NCBI GenBank assembly: GCA_963847625.1
Contig: CAWKAR010000039.1
Span: forward strand, 96,001 to 160,000
Length of the DNA: 64,000 nucleotides
Direction of reading: 5' to 3'
DNA from: a candidate division FCPU426 bacterium
GTDB taxonomy: Bacteria > Oederibacteriota > Muellerivitia > Muellerivitales > Muellerivitaceae
A program made the translations under genes and the position numbers. This document shows positions 21,440 to 30,642 of the stretch, in pieces (the stretch's first letter is position 1; each line of letters opens with the position of its first letter). The notes under the pieces are model-generated. The model made no database searches, was not told the origin of the DNA, and saw only the letters and a list, made by a program, of their open reading frames with translations.

Positions 21440-21448
21440 AATACAAAA

Positions 21449-22462
21449 ATGGCATGGGAATCAAAAGGCAATAGAAGAATCGGGTGGCGGGCTTGGCTTC
21501 TCTCCGTCATGTTTCTCCTCCTGGCTGGAAGTCTTGTTTTTGTTTACCTCGTCTTGCCCGGGAAAGTGGCGGCTACCATCGCGGACAAGGCCCGCCTGCA
21601 CCAATCCCTCACGACCGACCCCTCCCAGGACGGTTTTGCCTTCGAGAATGTCTCATATCCCACGGACGATGGGGTCACGCTTTCGGGTTGGTGGATGCCC
21701 GCGAAGGAGCGCATGCCCCGGGGAACCATCCTCCTTTCCCACGGGGTTTTCAAGAACCGGGAACAGGTATTGGCCCGGGCCGAGTTCCTCGTGCGAGGCG
21801 GTTATCAAGTTCTTCTCTTCGACCATCGGGGACACGGTCTCAGTGGGGGAAGCGCCGTCTCAGGCGGTCTCTTGGAATCGGAGGATTTCCCGGCGGGAGT
21901 GCGGTTTTTAAAGTCCAGGCATCTCCTTGAGGAACCCGTGGTTTATTTCGGGTTCTCCCTGGGGGCGATTGCCGCCCTAAGGGCGGGCGCGCGGGGAATG
22001 GACGTTCAAGCGGTCATCGCGGACAGCCCCCTTCCCAACCTGCGCGCGTATGTCTCCCGGCGCACCCCAGCGGGGCCGCTCGTGTGGATGCCGGGATTCC
22101 TCGGACTTTGCCTTTCGGCTTATGACGGGGCCACTGGCTTGAAGCTCACCGCAGGTGACCTGGATTTGGTCCCGGTCGTGAAAAACCTCAAGGGCCTTCC
22201 CGTCCTTTATCTCACAGGGGAGGACGACGACTTGGCCCGGCGGCAGGATGTCCAGAGGTTGTTTAACCAAAGCGCCTCCCTCCACCCTTGGCTTGTCGTG
22301 CTCCCCCAAGCGGGTCACGAACAAACTTCCAGCCAGGATCCCGTGGTTTACGAGAAAGTGGTGTTGGATTTCCTCACCCAATTGAAGGAAGGTTTTCCGG
22401 AAGCGGTAAAGTGGGAGAAAGATTATGGGGGGAAGGAAAAAAGCCATTCACGGGTAAAATAG
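21449..22462 (+). CDS. membrane-anchored alpha/beta hydrolase
   Basis: N-terminal TM; FDHRGHGLS, GFSLG nucleophile elbow, Asp and His of the triad (GEDDDL, AGH). Confidence 0.88.
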   Translation: MAWESKGNRRIGWRAWLLSVMFLLLAGSLVFVYLVLPGKVAATIADKARLHQSLTTDPSQDGFAFENVSYPTDDGVTLSGWWMPAKERMPRGTILLSHGVFKNREQVLARAEFLVRGGYQVLLFDHRGHGLSGGSAVSGGLLESEDFPAGVRFLKSRHLLEEPVVYFGFSLGAIAALRAGARGMDVQAVIADSPLPNLRAYVSRRTPAGPLVWMPGFLGLCLSAYDGATGLKLTAGDLDLVPVVKNLKGLPVLYLTGEDDDLARRQDVQRLFNQSASLHPWLVVLPQAGHEQTSSQDPVVYEKVVLDFLTQLKEGFPEAVKWEKDYGGKEKSHSRVK

Positions 22463-22622
22463 GGTTTGCTGACCCCGATTCACACCCGAGGATAGCCTGG
22501 GCCCGGATTTATTCTCAAGGAGCGGGCCCAATTTGACGCTTGAATAGGGGCAAGACCCGATTTAAATTATCTGCCCCTTGGCCGTTGTTTTATCCAGGGT
22601 TTTCATTTTTCTGTCATCCGAT

Positions 22623-22697
22623 TGGGGCGTCGACAAGTGGTAAGTCACCAGCCTTTGGAGCTGGCATTCGTAGGTTCGAATCCTACCGCCCCAGCCA
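22623..22697 (+). tRNA. tRNA-Gln (anticodon UUG)
   Basis: Cloverleaf with anticodon arm CCAGC-CTTTGGA-GCTGG, T-loop GTTCGAATC and encoded CCA. Confidence 0.97.
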
Positions 22698-23919
22698 TTT
22701 TTTTGCCCGTATTTATTGGGCTTTGCAACCAGATAAACCTTCTATCTACCTTTTCATCTACCTTTTCAACCTGGGTTTTGATTTCGGGATAAGCTTTTTC
22801 CATTTTCTGCAATAAATCTTTTGGCGCATTTACTCCGTATCCTTCCAAGGTGCTCACGTTCTTATGACCCGTTAGGCTCATGATGTCATAAGGCGATAAA
22901 CCAGCCGCCCTCATGTTTGAAACGAATGAATGCCGGAAAGTATGGGGCCGGACCTTTTTGGTTAATCCCGCTTTGGTCGCAAGATTTACGAATAATTGTT
23001 TTCCAGGTTGGTCTATCGGTCTGCCCTCTTCGTCACATAGTAAAAAAACCTTATGCTTTTCTTCCCTGGAATACCAATGGCGATAAGTGGGGCGATGGGT
23101 TTTAAGCTTTTCTAATATTGGGAGTAATGGCCCAACGATGGGCAATATTCGGTAATCGCTCGTTTTTTCCGCCCTTACCGTGATTTCCCGGCGGGCTAGA
23201 TCGGCGTCAGCATAACGCAACCCGGCTAATTCACCTTGGCGTATCCCAAGATACAAAAGCAGGTGGGTTACAACCTGGGCATAGGGGCTTTCCTCTGAAG
23301 CTTTTAAGATGGCCGTTTGTTCCTCTTGGTTAAGGTAATTCTTCGGCTTTTTCTCAACCTTGGGGAAGTAGTCCTTAAGAAGTTGCTGGGGTGTCTTAAA
23401 GGGGTGGCTTTTTAATATCTGATTCTTAACCGCCCAACCGCAAAGGCTTGAAAGTTGGGCAACCTCATTGGAAATGGTCTTTATTCCAACAGGAGTGCCC
23501 CTATAAGTGATTTCTTTGCGCCGGGTGGTAATGTACCCTTCGATTTTAGCGGGTGTCAATTCATGTAGTTTTAGATCACCCAAGAAGCGGCAAGTATGGC
23601 TTAAAGCAATGCGGTAAGGTTTCAGGCCCTTGGATGAATTTAGTTTTATGCCCTCTACTGCACCAAAATATTGGGGGACCGCTTCAGTAAGGGTGGGAAT
23701 AATCTTAATGTCTAAACGTTCTTGGGTAATTTCTCTTACTTTTTCACGGCCTAAATTGTCGGAAACCCGCTTAAATACCTGCTTGGCTTCCCTTGTTGTG
23801 GGAAATGTCCCTAAATATAACCATTGCCGTGAACGTTTGCCCTTATTCATGGTTGAAGTGACGGCGAAAGCCTTAATACCGCCGTTTCTCTTGTCAGGCT
23901 TCGTTTGTAGAGTAGCCAT
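22645..23919 (-). CDS. tyrosine integrase
   Basis: Catalytic R (LGIRQGE), K, HTFRH, GH...Y (GHKNVSTLEGY); adjacent to the att site. Confidence 0.93.
   Translation of the reverse strand: MATLQTKPDKRNGGIKAFAVTSTMNKGKRSRQWLYLGTFPTTREAKQVFKRVSDNLGREKVREITQERLDIKIIPTLTEAVPQYFGAVEGIKLNSSKGLKPYRIALSHTCRFLGDLKLHELTPAKIEGYITTRRKEITYRGTPVGIKTISNEVAQLSSLCGWAVKNQILKSHPFKTPQQLLKDYFPKVEKKPKNYLNQEEQTAILKASEESPYAQVVTHLLLYLGIRQGELAGLRYADADLARREITVRAEKTSDYRILPIVGPLLPILEKLKTHRPTYRHWYSREEKHKVFLLCDEEGRPIDQPGKQLFVNLATKAGLTKKVRPHTFRHSFVSNMRAAGLSPYDIMSLTGHKNVSTLEGYGVNAPKDLLQKMEKAYPEIKTQVEKVDEKVDRRFIWLQSPINTGKKMAGAVGFEPTNASSKGW
22675..22700 (+). repeat. att core (tRNA side), 26-bp direct repeat
   Basis: TTCGAATCCTACCGCCCCAGCCATTT is identical at 32098-32123. 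Confidence 0.95.
22745..22768 (+). repeat. candidate integrase arm-type sites (TCTACCTTTTCA x2)
   Basis: Tandem 12-mers near the left att; related tandem pair at 31937-31959 near the right att. Confidence 0.7.
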
Positions 23920-23991
23920 TAGATTCGACCTTTCAAAACTTATCTCGCTGGGAGCCTATCATTAAAGTGGTTTGCTTCCAAAGAGATTTTT

Positions 23992-24219
23992 TCAAAGCTC
24001 TTTAACATTTTGTGGCCCGGTGTTACGTCGTCCCGCCCAAGCTTCCAATTTTTCAGCAGGGAACCGCAAACATCTTGAAGTGAATTTGGCAAAGGGGATC
24101 GGATCGGCTTCATATTTGGAACGGCAAACCCAATTTCTTAAAGTACCCCCGGCGATACCAAGGAAAGCCGCCGCCTCATTAACGGTTAAATATTTAGTCT
24201 GGTGTTGTAGCGTTTCCAT
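23992..24219 (-). CDS. excisionase-like HTH protein
   Basis: YLTVNEAAAFLGIAGGTLRNWV...LRFPAEKLEAW; upstream of the integrase. Confidence 0.88.
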   Translation of the reverse strand: METLQHQTKYLTVNEAAAFLGIAGGTLRNWVCRSKYEADPIPFAKFTSRCLRFPAEKLEAWAGRRNTGPQNVKEL

Positions 24220-24416
24220 TAACTTTCCTTATTGGTTTCCGATGAAGAACTATTGGCTTTCTCAAGGGCGGTTTTCAATTTTTCGGTAATTACTCTTTTT
24301 AAGCCTTCCATCATGGGTACTTGGTCCCGTTTGGCTCGTAAGCGACCTTCGGCAAGGATGGGAGCGGCTTGGCCGATTGCTATTTCAATGGGTTGTATGG
24401 TCATTATTCGTTTCAT
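24219..24416 (-). CDS. hypothetical protein
   Basis: 65-aa ORF overlapping the helicase and Xis-like genes. Confidence 0.55.
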   Translation of the reverse strand: MKRIMTIQPIEIAIGQAAPILAEGRLRAKRDQVPMMEGLKRVITEKLKTALEKANSSSSETNKES

Positions 24417-26385
24417 CCTCTGGTTTAAGTGGGACTTTGGTTAGGTTGATAAGCCTTTCCCCCTTTTTGCTCCGTTCCATACGAATGCCGATAGTTTCTA
24501 AATTCGTTTTAGCCTTTTCAAGACGACGGGAAAGCGCAGATGAGTCTTTGGGCCAATACTTGCTTTTGGTATCAATGCCCATTTTTTCCGCTTCGTTTTT
24601 TAACTCGTTCAAGCATTCAGTCGGTGAACCTTGCCAAAATGTCTTGTCCTTCATGAACGATATGACCACTTGAGCAAGCGGGTTAGCATCTATAGCTTCA
24701 TCGTTTTGTTGCCGAATAGCGGAGCGGTAACCTCGCTCAAATTCTTTACGCAAGCCTAGCCATTCGGCTATTTTTAAGCCGTAAAGGTGAAAGTCGGCCA
24801 TGCGGGATAGGTCAGCGGGAAGGTCCTTGTTTGTTCGGCCTTCTCTTTCGTTCTTTTCTCGCTCTTCCAAATCATCAAGCACACCTACCAACACGTCGAA
24901 CACACCACAAAGGATATAAGGTTTCATTTTCTCGAAATTTTTCCAAATATCTTTTTCCGTTTGCCGCCTATCTCCCCTAACCCTGTCGAGATTAAAAAGA
25001 ATAGCCCTGTCCAATAGGTCTGCCGCCGCTGTCACCAAGGTGATTCCGTTCAGACCGATAACCCGTTGAAAGGAAAGAATGAACTCGTCCCCATCTGTGT
25101 ATAACTTTCTCTTGGAAATACCATCTCCCGTGCAAGCTCGGCTTAGAAGATCCGACATCTCCCCGGAGATGTGGGAAAGATTGTCTAATGGGATGAACCA
25201 ATGGGAATGGGCTTGAAGGACAAAGTTATCCGGGGTGGTCAAGGAAAGGGTTTGAATAGCGGACGGGTCGAGAAGTTCCTTTATAACCCTGATCATTGTG
25301 GATTTCGCGCTTCCTTGTGGTCCGTGGATAGCAAGAAAGGGGTGGGGAAATCCCGGTATGAAAGCCGCGATAAACCAAACCAGGAAAAGGGCTTCCTGGT
25401 CGCTGTATACTTTTATTTCACCTGAAGGAATTTTTTTCCATGGAAGTCTTGGAAGATTGACAAAATCCAAAAGCTTAAAAACGTCTTCAACCAAATAATC
25501 GGCCCCTTTTCTTCGTTTGGGCTCAACTTGTGGATGTTGGTGGGAGAATCGGCGGAAAAGAATCGGAGGGCGAACCACTATAGACCAATCCTCAGAAGTA
25601 ATCCGAACGGCGCGTCCGTCTCCCAGATCGTAGTAAATTATCCAGGGTTCTGGGTCCATCCCCGTGCTTCCCCAAAACAACCAAGGCGAACGCTCAAACT
25701 CTTCGGATTTCCGAATAATCGCCACTCTGGTGTAAAGGGTATAAACTGGGCTTCCCTCGGAAAAGGCCCGGCCCTTTAAACTCCCTTTGACATTCTTAAG
25801 TTGTTGGTCGGAAAGGGACTTTTCACCGTGTTTTTGTCTAAGCCAAGCCTCAAGATTCTCTGATTCAATCGGCGAATTAATCCCCGGAGGTAGATAGACG
25901 AAAGGGGTATTGTACTGGTCCCGAAAAACCCATCCGCCATGGTCATCGAAGATGTGAATTAATTCCTCTGTTTTTCCCTCAGATTTTGTAATCATTCGGC
26001 GTGGGGTTATCTCTTCCTGTTCTTCGGGCGTGACCAAGGACCACAAGGGGAGAGATGTGGGGGCATCCTCATACATTTTATCTAACGTTTCCTTTTCGTT
26101 TTTCATCTCCTTTTCCACAATTTTTAATTCGGATTCGATACGCGCTATCTCTCGTCGGCTTTTTTCGTCAGGTTTATCTTCATAGTCATACCAACGGTTA
26201 AGTAGCCTTTGATATTTCTGGATGAGTTCGGGGGAATTGTGAAAAGACCCGAATAACTTACAAGAATGGATCAACCAAACCAATTTTTCTTCTTGATACT
26301 GCCCTCTTTTGGATTTTTCTTTTAGCCTAAAAATTTCCTTCAATATTTTGAGTTTTACTTGTTCTAACTTTTCAAATCCTTCCAT
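24385..26385 (-). CDS. replication helicase/ATPase of the mobile element (no recognisable primase domain)
   Basis: Walker A GPQGSAKST, LDNLS, RKLYTDGDE, DLLDRAI, RMADF; C-terminal WPKDSSALSRRL; GGGAGGGG RBS. Confidence 0.8.
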   Translation of the reverse strand: MEGFEKLEQVKLKILKEIFRLKEKSKRGQYQEEKLVWLIHSCKLFGSFHNSPELIQKYQRLLNRWYDYEDKPDEKSRREIARIESELKIVEKEMKNEKETLDKMYEDAPTSLPLWSLVTPEEQEEITPRRMITKSEGKTEELIHIFDDHGGWVFRDQYNTPFVYLPPGINSPIESENLEAWLRQKHGEKSLSDQQLKNVKGSLKGRAFSEGSPVYTLYTRVAIIRKSEEFERSPWLFWGSTGMDPEPWIIYYDLGDGRAVRITSEDWSIVVRPPILFRRFSHQHPQVEPKRRKGADYLVEDVFKLLDFVNLPRLPWKKIPSGEIKVYSDQEALFLVWFIAAFIPGFPHPFLAIHGPQGSAKSTMIRVIKELLDPSAIQTLSLTTPDNFVLQAHSHWFIPLDNLSHISGEMSDLLSRACTGDGISKRKLYTDGDEFILSFQRVIGLNGITLVTAAADLLDRAILFNLDRVRGDRRQTEKDIWKNFEKMKPYILCGVFDVLVGVLDDLEEREKNEREGRTNKDLPADLSRMADFHLYGLKIAEWLGLRKEFERGYRSAIRQQNDEAIDANPLAQVVISFMKDKTFWQGSPTECLNELKNEAEKMGIDTKSKYWPKDSSALSRRLEKAKTNLETIGIRMERSKKGERLINLTKVPLKPEDETNNDHTTH

Positions 26386-26650
26386 GACGAACCCCCTCCC
26401 CAAACTCGCGCCAAGCTACTTGGCAGGTCCGTTGAAGGCGGCCTAAATCTTCATAACTGCTCAATAAATTGTGAAAAAAAGAAAGAGTATTGGGGAGTAC
26501 GAAGAGGGCGTTATTATCAAACGTATGGGAAAAGTCAAAAATCACTTCGCAGTTATTGCCAGTGGGGTAGGGGGAAAGAAGAATATTAGGGGAAACATTA
26601 GCGCATATTGACCACAAAACTGCTGTTTTTAAACTCGTCGTTCGGGACAT
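26372..26650 (-). CDS. hypothetical protein
   Basis: 92-aa ORF with AGGAG RBS, overlapping the helicase start. Confidence 0.55.
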   Translation of the reverse strand: MSRTTSLKTAVLWSICANVSPNILLSPYPTGNNCEVIFDFSHTFDNNALFVLPNTLSFFHNLLSSYEDLGRLQRTCQVAWREFGEGVRHGRI

Positions 26651-26706
26651 GTTGTTAACTCCTGCTGGTTAGTCAATTTCACTACCCGCAATAGTCGTAT
26701 AAAACC

Positions 26707-26745
26707 GCTGGAATTTTTGGGAAGAGATTGGGAAATTATTGGGAA
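26707..26745 (-). promoter_or_regulatory. helically phased direct repeats (TTGGGAA on +, 11-bp period)
   Basis: Copies at 26717, 26728 and 26739 plus a degenerate one at 26707. Confidence 0.65.
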
Positions 26746-26775
26746 CGAAGCTGATTAAAGAGTTATGAGTTTTAT

Positions 26776-27588
26776 TTAGAGATATTCAATTATTTGACGG
26801 GGGTTCCTGAGAAAAGTATCGGATAAGTGAATAGTTTTTGTTTCTTGAAGTAGTTTTTTAAAAAAATCAACATCGGTTTTTAAAGCTTTTTTCCCACCGC
26901 CATAGATACTAGTAGCCAGATATTGGGAATGGCCGTCCACGCCGAATGAGCCTTTCTTCGGATTATAAGACCTACTCCACGATTCATAGGTCTTAGTAAT
27001 ATTTTCACTTAGGGCCATGGTTAAAGCGTCAAAGCAGTTTTTTCTCCAGCGAAAATATAGCCGTTCAAATTTTTCCCTGCGTTTTTTGTTAACAGGGCGA
27101 AGTTCTACGTAATCGCCCGATGGGGGGAGATAGGGTCCAAGGGCTAATCTTTTGTAGTGCGTAACGTCAACATGCCTGTATTTTGTGTTGTTACCTTTCA
27201 AATTGCTCTTCATAAGTTTGCTTCCGTTTGTAATCATCTTTTTCAAATAGCCTTGAAATACGTGAAGCGGTGTTGCGCGACCAAACATTATTCTATTTTT
27301 GAGTAGGGAAGGTTTCTTTTTTAATTTTAGGCTGTATGTTTTTGTTTTAACCTTTTTAATAACGTTATTCCAACCTTTCATGGATTTGAAAATATCCTTT
27401 ACGCGCCCAAAGGATTTACCTGAAATCTCAACAAGGTAATCCTCGTGCAAACCCTTTCCGCCGTCATCGAGGTCTTTTTTAAAAGCTTCCAAGCAGAGCA
27501 TTTGAGGATTGGTTAAATTAAGATAGGTTTTCCCATTGAAAGTCAGGCGCTTATTTTTTTTATCCAGGTTAAAAATATCGTTTATCAA
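26776..27588 (-). CDS. protein with N-terminal winged-helix-like domain and unknown C-terminal domain
   Basis: N-terminal ~90 aa align by eye with the C-terminus of 35310-35909. Confidence 0.7.
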   Translation of the reverse strand: MINDIFNLDKKNKRLTFNGKTYLNLTNPQMLCLEAFKKDLDDGGKGLHEDYLVEISGKSFGRVKDIFKSMKGWNNVIKKVKTKTYSLKLKKKPSLLKNRIMFGRATPLHVFQGYLKKMITNGSKLMKSNLKGNNTKYRHVDVTHYKRLALGPYLPPSGDYVELRPVNKKRREKFERLYFRWRKNCFDALTMALSENITKTYESWSRSYNPKKGSFGVDGHSQYLATSIYGGGKKALKTDVDFFKKLLQETKTIHLSDTFLRNPRQIIEYL

Positions 27589-27631
27589 AAGAACCTCTGG
27601 AAGTTAAAGCCGAATTAAAAGCATTTTTGTC

Positions 27632-27868
27632 TTAAGGCTTCCACGCGCCTAAAAGCTGTAATAGGCGAAGCATGGGGCCACCTGGTTTACGTTGACCGCT
27701 TTCCAAAAGGAAAAGGGCCGTATAGCCAACGCCCAAGACTTTCGCCAACGCCACGGGACCGATTTTATTTTTCTTCCGCCATTCTTTCAATGTTTTAGCG
27801 TCTTGGGGCCGCCATTCGGGAAGCACGGGGGGATTCGTGAGCCATTCTTTTAAGATGTTTGGGTTCAT
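27632..27868 (-). CDS. XRE-family HTH protein
   Basis: LKEWRKK...VALAKVLGVGYTALFLLESGQRKP; 4-nt overlap with the recombinase stop. Confidence 0.85.
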   Translation of the reverse strand: MNPNILKEWLTNPPVLPEWRPQDAKTLKEWRKKNKIGPVALAKVLGVGYTALFLLESGQRKPGGPMLRLLQLLGAWKP

Positions 27869-28848
27869 GCCAAGGCCACCTTTAAGGCTACGGCCTGTGA
27901 TACCTTCGCGGCCACTTCCTTCTTGTCGTCGTCAAAGTAGGTTTGTGTAGTCCTGGGGTCGGCATGACCAGCGAAGACTTGGGTGGCGTACAGGTCCCCG
28001 GTTACTTGCCGGGCCGTGGTGATGGCCGTATGTCTCAAGCCGTGGGGACGAACAACCACCCCACATTGGCCGCCAAGCTGTTTTAGCAGGTAATAAAGGC
28101 CCTGGCCGGTCAAACGGCCCCGGCCCCGGTGATCCAGGTTGGAAAAGAAAGGCCCGTCCACTTGACCACGAACGGAAACCCATTCTTTCAAAGCCACTAA
28201 GGTTTCGGAGGGTATTTGAAGCTCAACCTTTTGACGTTTGCCCTTTCGTTGAACCCTTAAAAGACCTTTCTCTAGGTCCACGTCGCCAAGGTCCAGGGAA
28301 GTCATTTCCGCTCGACGCAAGGCCAAGGAAAGGGCCAAGTGTAAAAGGGCCGTGTCCCTTTCCCGTTTAGGGGAGGGCTCATTATTCGCTACAGTCAAAA
28401 GCATCTTAAACCCTCCCAAGCTCGGTCCTTTGGTATCTCGGACCGCTTCTTTCTTCAAGCCTGGAATTTCTAAAGACCAATTCACTGCACCCAAGGCCCG
28501 CGCCATACGGACTAAAGAACGGATGGCCGAAAGCTTTTGATTGATGGAAGAGCTTGAAAGGCCCTTTGTGGTTAAGTGGGAACGGTAGGAGAGAATCAGA
28601 CGGTTAGCTTCACCTGGGGTTTGGCGGAAAAGATGAAAGAGCGCTTGGGCAGGGGTGGGGATGCCTATAAATCCGGCGAAGTCCTGAAAAGCTTCCCCGT
28701 AGGCTACCCTAGTGCGCGGGCTTAAACTTTCAAGGAATGTATTTAAAACCTCTTTCCATTGTGAACCCTCAACCACCAACAACGGGGAAAAATCTTCTGT
28801 GACATGGTTTTGCTTGGCAAGGTTGGTTTGGTTTATTTCTTCCATCAT
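27865..28848 (-). CDS. second tyrosine recombinase (Xer/resolvase-like)
   Basis: LALRRAE, RKGK, HGLRH, GHADPRTTQTY; no arm-binding N-terminal domain apparent. Confidence 0.92.
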   Translation of the reverse strand: MMEEINQTNLAKQNHVTEDFSPLLVVEGSQWKEVLNTFLESLSPRTRVAYGEAFQDFAGFIGIPTPAQALFHLFRQTPGEANRLILSYRSHLTTKGLSSSSINQKLSAIRSLVRMARALGAVNWSLEIPGLKKEAVRDTKGPSLGGFKMLLTVANNEPSPKRERDTALLHLALSLALRRAEMTSLDLGDVDLEKGLLRVQRKGKRQKVELQIPSETLVALKEWVSVRGQVDGPFFSNLDHRGRGRLTGQGLYYLLKQLGGQCGVVVRPHGLRHTAITTARQVTGDLYATQVFAGHADPRTTQTYFDDDKKEVAAKVSQAVALKVALA

Positions 28849-28863
28849 GGACCCCCTGAAATA

Positions 28864-28909
28864 ATATGATAACTTAGTTAATAGTAACATAGTTATTATA
28901 TACGGTCAA
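28864..28909 (-). promoter_or_regulatory. sigma70-like promoter overlapped by an inverted repeat
   Basis: Minus strand TTGACC-N17-TACTAT; ATATGATAACT...AGTTATTATAT inverted repeat at 28864-28901. Confidence 0.6.
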
Positions 28910-29336
28910 GAGGTTAGGAAAAATATTTTTAAATTATTTTAAAATTCTAAAAGTTTTTTTCTTGATCCGTCTGGGGTTTGCTTGTCTAAACGGGGATTAG
29001 AGAAAGCAAAAATTTAGGGATTAATGACGAAACCGGAAACAGTTCGAATAAAGCAATGACACTCAAAGATGTTATTTTTCGCGGAACCGATAAAGGTCAA
29101 AGGCCGTCCAAAAAAATGCGGTACATTACCGGAGGGACACCCTCCGAAAGTGCGGGTCTTTGTCTTTCAACTTTTGATGATTGGCTCTTTGTGTTTTTGG
29201 TTTGCCAAAATGAAAAGGGGGGTAGGCCACCGGGGGAGGGCCTGAAATTCGGAAGAAAAGGTTTTTTTCCAACCTTACACCAGCGGTATAAAATCCCCAT
29301 TAGGCCGAATAAATCTAATGGCAAATCATCAGACGG

Positions 29337-29625
29337 CTAGGACGATGCTTGGACGGTACCAAAAAAATGGTGTCCAGTCGAAAACCCTTTTAATTTAATC
29401 GTTTGGACACTAGGACGCTAAAGACACTAATTTTGATACTCTCTACCCTCTTTTACCCACCAATACCCCGCCTTATACCCTTACTCTCTCTTTATTTTAT
29501 TTTTTCTCAAGATAAAGAAAATTAGTGTCTTACTGTCCAAGAAGTAGGGAACACCTTTTAAAATCAGGTTTTTAGAGATGGACAGTAACTTAAAATTTAG
29601 TGTCCAGGTAGTGTCTTAGTGCCCC
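29337..29625. repeat. iteron-like cluster (GGACACTA/TAGTGTCC variants), candidate replication origin
   Basis: About a dozen short direct and inverted GGAC/GACAC copies around pyrimidine- and AT-rich tracts; non-coding. Confidence 0.6.
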
Positions 29626-29680
29626 AAAAAGTCGCATAATTGAGGATGAAGATTTAAAGGGTTAAAGGGCCTTTTTGGAA

Positions 29681-29899
29681 TTATTCCAACCCTTTGAACA
29701 GATCGGAGACTTTGCAATTAAGGGCCTTGGCAATTTGAAGAATTTTACCGGCGGTGGCCTGTTGTTCCCCCCGCTCAACGGAACCGATGAAGTTATGATG
29801 GCAATCGGCTATTTCCGCAAGCTTCTCTTGTGAAATGCTCTTTTTGGCCCTTAGTTTTCGCAGGTTTTCTCCAAACTTTTTTGAAACGGTGTCTTTCAT
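29681..29899 (-). CDS. XRE-family HTH regulator (C-protein-like)
   Basis: FGENLRKLRAKKSISQEKLAE...IGSVERGE. Confidence 0.92.
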   Translation of the reverse strand: MKDTVSKKFGENLRKLRAKKSISQEKLAEIADCHHNFIGSVERGEQQATAGKILQIAKALNCKVSDLFKGLE

Positions 29900-29986
29900 A
29901 TTTACGGATTAAATGAAAATCCCTAGACTAAGACCACCCATGATAATGGGTAATTGAATGTTAATTATGATTTCGGGAATGTGAAA

Positions 29987-30439
29987 ATGAAAAAAATGAC
30001 AATTGTTTTTATCGCCTTTTTCGCAGTTGGTTGTGCTGGTAGGCCTTTCGTAAATATGTACTCTCGGATTGACACATCTGATAAGACTGTTTTTGCTCCC
30101 CTGGGGGAAAGGGGCCTGACTGGCCAGTTGAAAAGGGTTTTGCGAGAAAAAGGATGGAATGTTTATGTATCAAACCGAGGGGACAGCGTAACAACAGGGT
30201 TGCCTAATCAAAACTCATATTCAACTTCTTCCACCCCGACGGCTCGTTATCGACTTCTATTGGGTTATAGGCGAGTTGGAACTGAAGCAGATGAAATAAA
30301 TCTCGATTTGTCTTTTGTTGACGTAAAAACTGGCCAAGAAGTTTTTACAATGAATAGTAATTACACTACCACGGAAGCGGTCGTTGAAGATTTTTCAAAA
30401 GCTTTAGATTCTTCCAATCTCGGTCAGTCAAATCAATGA
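29987..30439 (+). CDS. putative lipoprotein
   Basis: MKKMTIVFIAFFAVG-C lipobox-like signal. Confidence 0.75.
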   Translation: MKKMTIVFIAFFAVGCAGRPFVNMYSRIDTSDKTVFAPLGERGLTGQLKRVLREKGWNVYVSNRGDSVTTGLPNQNSYSTSSTPTARYRLLLGYRRVGTEADEINLDLSFVDVKTGQEVFTMNSNYTTTEAVVEDFSKALDSSNLGQSNQ

Positions 30440-30642
30440 GTGACTAAACCATCACAATGATAATGGGTAATTTTCTAAGCGGAAATGTTGAACCCAATAA
30501 AGCGACCAAAATTAGTATTTATAGATAGCTGCAAAAATAAACGAATGCATCGCACGCTAGAAACACTGAAATATCAATGGATTTAAAGCGTGGCGCATTC
30601 TATTACTTATGTGGTTATCTATAAGATTGAATGGAGGGCGAA

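Noticed and set aside
29040..29335. cos/pac packaging site or small ORFs (29056-29340, 29097-29324)
   Set aside because: Hairpins and G-runs are present, but I cannot match them to a defined site, and the ORFs resemble no family I recognise
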